DNA of 63,864 nucleotides, counting the filler, from Klebsormidium nitens (lineage: Eukaryota > Plantae > Klebsormidiophyceae): the NCBI GenBank assembly GCA_000708835.1. It is 6 parts of 6 records of this genome, joined end to end, with 100 filler letters (N's around TTAATTAATTAA, not from the genome) between each part and the next. Parts side by side here need not be neighbours in the genome. Positions count along the whole stretch, not along the records: positions 42,745 to 49,447 come from DF238337.1; positions 49,548 to 58,803 come from DF238205.1; 4 more parts are not named here. The stretch is one strand, 5' to 3'. Below are positions 48,923-58,903 of the stretch, piece after piece. Every line of letters begins with the position of its first letter. The stretch's first letter is position 1. A program made the translations under genes and the position numbers. The notes under the pieces were generated by a model. That model saw nothing but the letters and a program-made list of their open reading frames with translations. It searched no databases and was not told where the DNA came from.

Positions 48923-50231
48923 CGTGTGGGACTAACCAAAGAAGACGGGCAATCAAAAGCACACCAAAGGGCAGTTTGACTTGGGGTCTGTGAGTCTTAC
49001 ATCTAACAGGGTCAATGGCGCCTGCATGGGCCAAACCACCTAGCCGATCTAGACAACAAAGCTCTCTTCTCTAGCATGCGAATGGAGCTTGGGAGATGAA
49101 GCTAGGTAGTGCCAGTGGGGCAAGAGGCACAAAACTTGTGAACTCCTTTCGAAATTTCGGACGCGGACGGTTCCTGTCGCCGGTCATGTCGACAAGGCTT
49201 CCGAGCAGTGCTTTTTCCGGCCCGACAACCGGGTAGCCCTAACCACACTAAAAACCTAAGAATAAGTGCTCAACCGTTAGTGGGAACCCTAATCTGAGAG
49301 CAGTCACAGGAAAGGGACGCGACCCTAACAAACCGTCACAGTAAGTGGCGTGACCCTAACACACCATCAGTGCGTTGTGACTTACCCCTACAGTCACAAA
49401 GACTGCCCGGTTGCTCTGCCGGGTACCGTACGAGTTCCAAATGGTTCNNNNNNNNNNNNNNNNNNNNNNNNNNNNNNNNNNNNNNNNNNNNTTAATTAAT
49501 TAANNNNNNNNNNNNNNNNNNNNNNNNNNNNNNNNNNNNNNNNNNNNTGGTGAGCTCGCTCCCGTTTTCTCCGCCTGTTACGCACGACATGCTTGGTGAA
49601 AAGATTGGTCCGTAGTTACATCATTTCAACTCTCGTCAACATTGTCATCAACTCTGTGCACTTGGAACCATCTACTAGCCCCATCTGCCGATCCTGAAGC
49701 TCGACATGGTCTCAACCTCGCCCAGATCCGCGGAAACAAATCGCATATCAGAATTCAAAATGCTTAAGTATTGGGACCGATATTTTTTCCCGGTCCACGT
49801 GGCAGAAGCGTTGGAGACCGTTGCGACTGGCTTTTGTTCGTAGTCTGAGACACACCATCCCGCTTCGATTGCTTGTTCGCAGACTAACTCCCTACAGCAC
49901 CTACACCTGTGATGGGCCATCGTTTGATGCAATCAGTCTGATCTCGCTCGACCTGTGACAGTAGAGTCTGTGCGCCTTCTCCTCCTAAACCTTGCAAAAT
50001 TCAGATACACGGCCCGGTTAGAGAAAGACATTCGACCTGTTGATGCAGATCCTGCGGTGCTGGAGCCTGTACTGGGGCCTCGTCCTTCCATGGTTGGTTG
50101 CAGTTCTGCAAATAATCATATAGGTTATACAACTTCCAGCACTTCCAAGTCCTACTCAATCAGAAGGTGCGTAGCAAAGAAGCACTGGTTTAGTTTGGGT
50201 AGAGATTGACCTCTTATTGTCTTCCCTGCAG

Positions 50232-50424
50232 CGCCTGAAGCTGCGTTGGGGCCTCACCCCTTCTCGACTTCTCTGAGGACATGGAGATGAACCTGCGGCT
50301 GACCCTTGCACTCCTCCTGAAGCCGGGCATGATGAAGTCAGGCGAAGTGGTCATTGTTGTATCAGACATTAGCCAGGTCACGGAGGTGGACCTGATGCAA
50401 TTCATCCAGATCAGGAAGCTCCCC
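50232..50424 (+). pseudogene. Isolated, frameshifted last exon of a plastid pyruvate kinase (alpha-type)
   Basis: After a CAG acceptor: RLKLRWGLTP(F)/LDFSEDMEMNLRLTLALLLKPGMMKSGEVVIVVSD...IQIRKLP, resembling the C-terminus of plant plastid PK alpha. There is a frameshift near 50262. Confidence 0.6.
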
Positions 50425-51240
50425 AGTCTTGATTTGCTTTTATTGTTAGAAATTTCTGACGAGTTTTTGCGCGGCTCCGTGAAAGTCTTGCATACTCTAC
50501 ACAGCCCTGATCTCGCGCTGCTTCTGATGACCTTAGCTTTTGAAAGGTTACATAGAGGCTGAGCCGTGCAGAGAGGTGTGATAGATCCGGAAGCTTGCGA
50601 TGACTGCTCGTGTGTACACAGCGATGGTAAAAGGCTTGTAAGGCGGAGATATAAAAGGCAAAGCATAGTAAATCAGACGTTTATAAGGGGAATGAATTCA
50701 TTTTCGAGTATTTGCTGGCCGCTTCTTGCATGGCAGATATAATATGTTTCGCAATTCCACAGGTTCTTGATTACACACAAGTGTTCAGAACATTGCGAAT
50801 TGTGGTCAGGGTTTTCTTTCTTGCATGCTATGCCTCAAACATCCTGCGGTTCTGCAGATCCTTATGTATATACATTCACGACCAATGCAATTGTGAAGTA
50901 TTTGCCAGCTTAATACACATGTACCGAATTGCACAACATACTTCATTATTGTACTAACATTGGCACTTATCAGATTGATGACCATATTCATGTGACATGG
51001 TGCAAGAGGGCTGGACCTAGCCTTGGATGCAGCTAGCCGGCCGCTTGACAATCCACCACTATTAAGTTTACACTCTAGATCTCTTCTAAATGAAGCTTCA
51101 CCATGACATGATTAATTGCCACCTGAATCAGGTACTACCAACTCCTGGCAGGCCCTTCAGAACATTGCGACATTGTGCAGGGATGGGATCCATGCTAATC
51201 ATAGGTATAGTTCCCCCTTTGAACCACTTCCCAACAAAAA

Positions 51241-53634
51241 TCAGACTCCGAGCCACATGCACTGCCGCTCAGAATTTGGGCAAAGCTGAGCCAAATTAAG
51301 CAAGAGGCGATCGAATTCGTGGCATCTGCTGAGTTGACAGTAAAAAGAAGACCAGTCCTGGTGAGGCTCTCCAGAATGGGGGACTCGATCTAGGATGCGG
51401 TGAAAGGCCTGGTCGTTAATTATCCGGAACTGTTGATAACCAGGCGTTTGATGCTTAAGAGCAAGTCTGTACAAGAGACACATTTTATGCAAAGTGTACA
51501 AAGTTCTTCTTTCTCACGCCTGCCTGCAAGAGGATGCCCCGAACCTCCTCCGATCTAACGTCAAAGTGCAGGTGCCGGCCATAGATTTCCGCAAGCTGAA
51601 TCGCAGTCTCGAGGTCTACACCCTGCCGGAACCCTAGCTGGAGGTTTCGCTTCTGTACCGCGCTAAGAATGATGCTCACACCTTCTGTGGGGGGTGGGTA
51701 GTAAGACAATGGACACAGCTCTGTTTCTTCGGCCATCGGCTCACGAAGAGTCTTGATCTTTGAAAGGAGGAGCTCGAGTCCATCCGCAGGTACAAGAAGG
51801 TCAGAGGTGAGCTTCCAGAACTGCACTGCCTGTGTAAGACTAAGTTCGGATGTAAGGACCGTCTCAAATGCAGAAGTCAATATGTATTCCGTCGGGTTCT
51901 CTCATGCCAACAGTGCCTGCAGCGCGAGAAAGAAAGTAGTAAGCACGTTGTACTGTCCAAGTCATCTACAAAAGCCGCTCAGGAAAAGGAAAAGACGACT
52001 TTGCTTCAACCTGATGACAACCACAGCAATCCAAAAACTTGACTCGTCACCCCTTTATCTCTCTTACATATGCAGAACATTTCACTTCCCTGGTTCCCTT
52101 TTCCAGCTACCCCTTTACCTGTCTCGGCATATGCAGAAGAACTCATTTCCCTTATTCAGTCATCCCTTCATTCCTATCAGCATATGCAGAACAACTCATC
52201 CCCCTCTATCCAAACCGCCTGAAAAAGGCAGTAATTCTATTTGAGTAAAGATTACACTCCCTTCTTTATCACCAAGATCAATGGTTAGGTCAACTGATGT
52301 TCCAAGACCTAAACAAAAACAAACACAAATGGGACAGGTATACCACTCACCTCAACCGCTAGAGTATCAAGATACAAAATTTTCAGGACACTTCCGCCGC
52401 TTCTTCTGAATGCTGCTTGATGAGCGCGGCACAGCTTGTCGTTCTCTTCAAAGATCTTCTTCCAGCTTTTGCTTTCTGCTTCTGTCCCTGCAGAAGAAAA
52501 ATCTATCTTTGGAAAGCTTGTGCCGACGTTCCCAAACTGATGAGCTCACAATTACCCAGTGCTTTTCTGTTAGCTGAGGCAAACAAAGCAGCGGAGCAGG
52601 AGACGGATCAACGAGTCGCGGATTCAGAGAGGGCCTCGTACAAGATTGATGCTTTTGGCCACAATGTCACATAAAATGGTGATGACATGCGCAGAGGACA
52701 GAGGATGGGAAAGGCCACGTAAGCCAACCTGCATCATCGTTTTCAGGTCCTGTTGCGTCTGCTCTGGCAGCCGCTCCACTTTCAACCGGCAACGTTCCAG
52801 AAATTCTTCCTGCGACTTGACTTTGGCTCTGTAGATGTTCTCCTCCAGCTCGTCGTTCTGCACAACGGTTAGACAGGTGAGGGCCCTTGCCAAGGGCTGA
52901 GCAATTTGTATACAGCATGAAACCACTGGCCACTGGCAGTCTTACGCCAACACAAAGCTTACTCAAGCAGATCAGCAGAGAAGCGAGCTCGATCCCTGAT
53001 CAAGATGGGGCTCAGTAAGATATGGATAGGGTTGTTCAAAAGTCCTCACCTGAGATTTGACCGAGGCCTGAGCACGGAACACTCGAACCTTCCCGGGCTG
53101 CAGAATGAAACAACAAAGTTCAATCATGACCTGCTGCCTTCAAAAAGTGAAGAATGAGTGACGTAAACAATAGTAGTAGAAAAGGCCCAGTAACCTGTGC
53201 AATCAGCTCTGCAAAGACCAATCGACCCATCCTCAATATGAAGCGATCGCTTTGTAGATCTCTGAAAAGCAAAGGTGTGGATGGCAAACAAAGGTTCCCC
53301 TTAACAACCCTCCCCTACATACCCGGCTGAAGAACAGGCACCCTAGGTGCTCCTCTTGAAGCCTGTTCAGGACAACAAGCTTGATCAAAAGACGTTTCGT
53401 TTGTCTGTTAGGGGAAATGCATCTGAACAAAAGCTGCACCACACCGTTTACTGGATTAAACATTGAGCGGGTAGCCAGGGAGAGACAAGCAAGGCAGAGA
53501 AGCCAGGGAGAAGCCAGCAGGCACAGGTGTTTTGATGGACATATTGTGAACCTTACATCTGGCTTCGCCTCCATCTTCACCGGATGAAAGGGCTTGAAGC
53601 TAGCCCCCAACCTCGACACCTGTGAGAGAGCCAT
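51241..53634 (-). pseudogene. Multi-exon hypothetical gene with transit-peptide-like N-terminus and an in-frame stop
   Basis: Splice-bounded exons MALSQVSRLGASFKPFHPVK..., PGKVRVFRAQASVKSQ, NDELEENIYRAKV..., TEAESKSWKKIFEEN..., YNVLTTFFLALQALLA*ENPTEYILTSAFE... (TGA at 51902-51904). No family recognised. Confidence 0.45.
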
Positions 53635-54326
53635 GTCCTTGAAGTAACCGTCAGCTGATCACAGTTGCCTCTCTCAAACATGCGAAATCGGAAATGGCAA
53701 ATCGCTTCCTAAAGCTAGGAACACTTGGCATGCAAGACTCAAACTTCAAAGACTCAGGTAGAGTCTATTATCCTGTCTGGCTTGAACAACCCGTCCCCTG
53801 GCTGTGTCAGCTAATTTTGATTCATCGTACGGTCTTCAGGACTTCCTTGGCCGCAAGTTGCGGAGAAGTGGCTTTTCGGCCGTCACGATGTGAGAGAATT
53901 AGATGACAAAGCCAGCGGACGGGAATTCAAGCCAGACAGGATTATCTAGACACCCAAGTTCGAACACAACTAACTAAGGGGTGCTTCCCATGCGACCGTT
54001 TCCGCTAAGAACTGACGGAGCCTTCCCGGAAGCATGTGGTACCCATTTGTAGCGGAATTGCCATCACATGCGGTTCCGTGTACTGTTCCGCTAAACCGTG
54101 AACGGCGCCGGCCGGCATCGCGGCAGCCGGCCGAGGCTGTACAGTGCGCGGCACCCCTGCCGACCGGACAGAGTATCGCTCCAGCCAGGCGCAGCTGCAA
54201 GATCTGGAGACTGGTGGATGCTTTCGCAAAGAGGGTCGCAGCAAGATCAGAACCAGCTGAGGGCGGCGGAAATCATGGAGCAGTCAGCTATCACAACTCT
54301 GGCGGTGACTACTGCAGGCGTGCTGC

Positions 54327-56277
54327 TTGCACAGTGCAGCTATCCATGGCACTGTCATGTGCTCTGTTCCAGACATTCTTGCGGGTCGTGTGGCTCACAC
54401 ACTAGATGACCCCCTCTACTATCCAGATGATGAAGATGACAATCTCAATGTCCTTCTAGCCCTCAACGCACAGATGGAGGATGCTGCAGCAGCAGCTGCT
54501 GCTCTTTGCGCAGAGGGGCTCCTAACAAATGTTCAACTCTTTGGCATGAACGTTGGGCAATGGTACATAAAGCCACGCTCGATGACGTGGTTTGAAAACT
54601 TTGTACAGAACGTTTATGACGACGAGCGATGGAAGAGGCTTTTTCGGACCAATAGACAGACTTTCCTGTACCTAGAACAATCATTAGGTGAACGTCTCCA
54701 ACAAGCACCTCCAGCAAGTTTGGCAAGAAGTATCCCCACCAGACTCTTGTCTGTGACAAAGCAACTTGCGGTGGCCCTCTACAAGCTTGGCCATGGGGTG
54801 TCTAATTTTGGGGTTGGCGAACTGTTTGGCATCGGTGAGAGTACTGTGAGCAAAGTACTCTGGAGAGTCTCTCAGGCAATAGTTGCAATTGAAGCTCCTC
54901 TGCGGATCAGGTGGCCTCAAGCAGGAGAAGAACGCGCAGCTGCTATTGCTCAGATGCAGGCTGTTCATGGCCTTCCAAACTGCGTGGGAGCGATTGACTG
55001 CACCCACATCAATCACGACGCGCCGGCAGGGTACCTGACAACAGATTACTTCGATCGCGATCACAACTACAGTACTGTGGTGCAGTTGGTCGGAGATGTA
55101 AGTATCTCAGCAAACCTCAGACTGTTCTGGTTTAGCTTTACGGGTGCTGAAAGTTACTTTGCAAGCTGCCAACCATGCTGACAAGGGTGTTACCTAGCGA
55201 GGACCTTTCCTGGGGTACATACATGGTTGGTTGAGGCTGTGCAGCTTCGAGCCTCTGGTAAAAAAGTGCTGCTGTTGGTCGAGAGGTGCTCGCACTCTAC
55301 AGCCACAATCTATCTGGTGCTTTTGAATACGCAAGAGAATGTGAAGAGTGCTTTGACAGGAACTTCTGTTTCAGTGCATGACTGGCTAGGCCTCAAACAC
55401 CCAAGCAACTTCGCCTTTCCAAATATGCATATCCCTATGAAGCTGACTATTTCTGAAGAGCCATTTAGAGCGTCTCCATTGGTAGGGAGTGTCTGGTCTG
55501 TGTTGAAGGATTTGGAAACTGACTTGTCTCGTGGATGGGCTCAAAATTTGAAGATACTCATATCCTTGCTGCTTGACAGTGCCGATTCCAACCCATTTTC
55601 AAGGCTTAGAAAGGAAAGAGACAGGATTGCTTTGTGCTGCGTTTCTTGTCGGTCGAATTTTATGAAAGAACATTGCTGATCTGAAGGGTCTTCTGCAACC
55701 TCCTGCTCTCTTATGCTCGCAGCAACAACATCGCATCCTCAATGTGAACGTGGGCTATCCTGGGTCTGTCCACGACTCACGTGTCCTCTTCAACTCGAAG
55801 CTCACCACAAACACGGAGGCTTTTCTTGGGGGTCCTTCCGTCAATGTCAATGGGATTGAGGTACCTCCAATGCTCGTGGCGGATGCTGGCTACTCACTGC
55901 AGCCGTGGCTCTTGACTCCGTTCCCGGGTCAGAATCTGAATCCGACTCAAGCTGGTTTCAACTTCAAGCACTCCAGTACACGCATGTGCATCGAACAGAT
56001 CAACGGAGAGTTGAAAGGGGTTCAGCGATATCTCCTCTCACGGATTCAGAAGCCCAACGTGGCACGGCTGCCTATTTATGTAGTAGCTTGTTGCACGCTG
56101 CACAATCTGAGGATAGACATGGGCGACGGTATGGAACGTGCTGCTAGAGCACCAGATCCGGACGCAGGGCAAGAGGTGCTAGGTGGTTCCGTAAGAGTTG
56201 CGACGGGCGCTGGCAACATCGAACGGGCACTCGACATCAAAGGTGCCATTGCCGAGTATTTAAGTGAGAGAGTCTGA
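54327..56277 (+). CDS. Harbinger (DDE_Tnp_4) transposase, two exons
   Basis: WKRLFRTNRQTF, KQLAVALYKLGHG, FGIGESTV, GAIDCTHI, intron ~55098-55723, NVGYPGSVHDSRV, ADAGYSLQPWLLTPF, STRMCIEQ, ACCTLHNL. All three catalytic acidic residues are present. Confidence 0.9.
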
Positions 56278-57761
56278 CTTTGTAATCTCATACTTCTCTG
56301 AAATCAGACGCTGAAGAAGTCACAAGTCACAAGCCAATATCCAACAAAATTGTCTACCTGGAATGTTGTTTAGCGGTCATGCATCTAAATCGTAGTATGC
56401 AGGCAACCTACCAATAATCTGACCATGAGCATGTACAGTATATCTCATTTAATTGCTACGGATCTATGGATCATGTTCTGTATAACAATCTTCGTTCAGT
56501 GAGCATCAAAAGAGTTGAGTCGTCAATCCGAGCACGAGTGTTTACGTCAAAGCTTATTACCAAGAGCCAGCATGCTATTCATGTCTTTCCGGGGGCGCGT
56601 TAAGAAGAAACACATGCATGCAGCACGCGCGAATGGTTTGCTATAAATCGTATACATGGAATCAATAACTTCAGCAGTATGTGTACATTCTCTTCGCATA
56701 CGAACATGCTGACTCGTCACCAGTTGGAACTTGAGGCGCATAGTACTTGTCATGAAGTTTTTGTCACGTGTAGCTCCAACTTGGCTAGCGGCCACTGGCA
56801 ACATCGTTATAGAGTTCACGCACTGGAGCCTATTGCAAGAGCCTGAGAACATCGGATGCAACCGCAAGGAACCCGCAAGCTGGAGCCTGCACAGAACGAC
56901 AATTGATGATATTCTTTTTCTTTTTAAAAACGAGATTGAACATGGCGAATTCGGGTTGGTGGAAATCACACATATGGGCGCGACGCCAAATTTGAAGGCA
57001 TGTCAAGAAGGAGCGACAGAGGCGGCTGCAGGACAGGCAAGTAGATATTGGATGCATGTGCACAGGACTCACTAGAACGGGTTCTGAGCGATCATACATA
57101 CATGTATAAGGAACTTAGCAATGCATGCTTTCTTGTTTAGAACTCACTGAGTCAAATAAGTGACCACGATTCTTTTCGAACTTGTGACCGAGAAGAACAA
57201 CATCTTCTGTAAACGGCCCTAAGCATAAAGAGAGTGGCGTGTGTAGAGAACCCTTTCTATCTCCCCCTATTTCCCACAATAGTGACCGCCCGACCATCCA
57301 TTTATTCATATGCCTGACCGGCTAGCTTATCATGTTGACGAACTTAAAATTAAAGCCATATGTCTAAGTTGGCATCGACAAAACGAATAGTAGACCCACT
57401 GCCACCTAGCCCAATCTTTTAACCCTCGAGCCCATTAAGCAAGCCTCCAACCCCGGGGTTGCAGGAATCGAACCATCTTCCTTTTTGCACAAGCCAAGAG
57501 ACGCCGCCAATCACAAGCAGAGCACTTAGTATATCTAGGTAATGTACTGTTCAACAGGGGGATGGAATACAAAGCACCATGGAAAGTCACATTGCCTTAG
57601 ACTGGTGTTTTTCCTTATTCGATCACCACTTTGATCGTGCAAATGACATTGAGTGCTCATGCATCTGTACCCAAAAGTTGGCAGTAAGCCTGCAAAGGAT
57701 GATTCAATAAATAATAACAAAGTACATCATTATTATTACTCAACCACCACTTCTGCAATGC

Positions 57762-58226
57762 CTACTTATTGGCCAACACGATGACGGCCTTGGCCAAGTC
57801 CCCCAAAGCTGCTATCAACCCTTGGCCCGTATGGGCCGCCGTCTCCGCGCCCTTCTCAACCACCTTCAACTTTTCCTCCTCCAGCTTGAGCTCCCTCTCT
57901 TTCAGAGCTTTCATCTCCTGATGACGAGCATCTTTCAGCTGCTCACAATCTCTAAGCATACTGTTCGTGTCTGCGTTGTTTGCTCTCAGAGTGTCGCTCA
58001 AACCAGCTGCAGACCTGTCCCGCTTCAAGCCCTTCGGGCCTCGAGTTTCACCTGCGCTTTGCGCGCGAGCGCCCCTCCTTATGATTCCCGAGCTGTCTGA
58101 AGGCGTGATGGGGGTCTCTTTGTCGCTATCGTCTTCATCAGCCTCTGAAATTGGAGATTGCTGAGGCTGGCCACTATCGTACACGAAAGGTGGCTCGACA
58201 CTTGCTCTCTGCTTCAACCACAGCAT
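57762..58226 (-). CDS. Last exon of the Harbinger accessory (Myb/SANT-associated) gene
   Basis: MLWLKQRASVEPPFVYDS...acidic/basic linker...coiled-coil ELKLEEEKLK...LIAALGDLAKAV. Convergent with the transposase, the usual two-gene Harbinger layout; the Myb-like exon was not seen. Confidence 0.55.
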   Translation of the reverse strand: MLWLKQRASVEPPFVYDSGQPQQSPISEADEDDSDKETPITPSDSSGIIRRGARAQSAGETRGPKGLKRDRSAAGLSDTLRANNADTNSMLRDCEQLKDARHQEMKALKERELKLEEEKLKVVEKGAETAAHTGQGLIAALGDLAKAVIVLANK

Positions 58227-58903
58227 GCTGGAAAAGGCACACAGGTGCTCAGCGATTTTGAAACTTCTGCCTGGGCCAACTTTGAAATTTCTCTTCGTTC
58301 AGCCTGGAACTTTAGCCTAAGGGTAAGCAATCGGCCCTCAAAGCTTGAACTCTTTAGACAGCTAGAGGTGTCTACAGAGATTCGTGGTCAGATTTACACG
58401 CAACTTTTGAAAAAGCCTGCCAACATAGTACACCTTGGCTGGCAAGCGAATTGCAGCTGCTCACAGGGTATTAGAGTGTGTAAATCATTTAGAGCACCAC
58501 AAAGACACGTATTCTAGTGGCCCATTACAGACAATTCCCCCACAATTCCAAACAAGACGGGTCTGACGCTCGGGATGAAAAGATACGGTACAATCTTTCA
58601 AGAATGCTTTTTGCACGATGCAACAACTTCTTGGACATCCAACTCAAGTTGTTGAAGCACAGCCCAATTGCAAGCCAAAAAGCTCCGCTGGCCATGGACC
58701 GCCTTAAAAGAGTAACCCAGACCAGTGCCACCAGATGGAAGGAGTCTGGACATAAGAGAGAATCATGAACCAGAAAATTCCCGCAGAAAAGTCCCGCAGT
58801 GTTNNNNNNNNNNNNNNNNNNNNNNNNNNNNNNNNNNNNNNNNNNNNTTAATTAATTAANNNNNNNNNNNNNNNNNNNNNNNNNNNNNNNNNNNNNNNNN
58901 NNN

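Larger units (their letters stand above)
53978..58800 (+). mobile_element. PIF/Harbinger DNA transposon (right end not visible)
   Basis: TAA followed by GGGGTGCTTCCCATGC at 53975-53993 is a candidate TSD plus left TIR. It contains a transposase and a convergent accessory gene. Confidence 0.75.

Noticed and set aside
57420-57500. tRNA-like GGTTCGATTCC (B-box) on the minus strand
   Set aside because: No matching acceptor stem or cloverleaf could be built; at most a degenerate tRNA-derived fragment.
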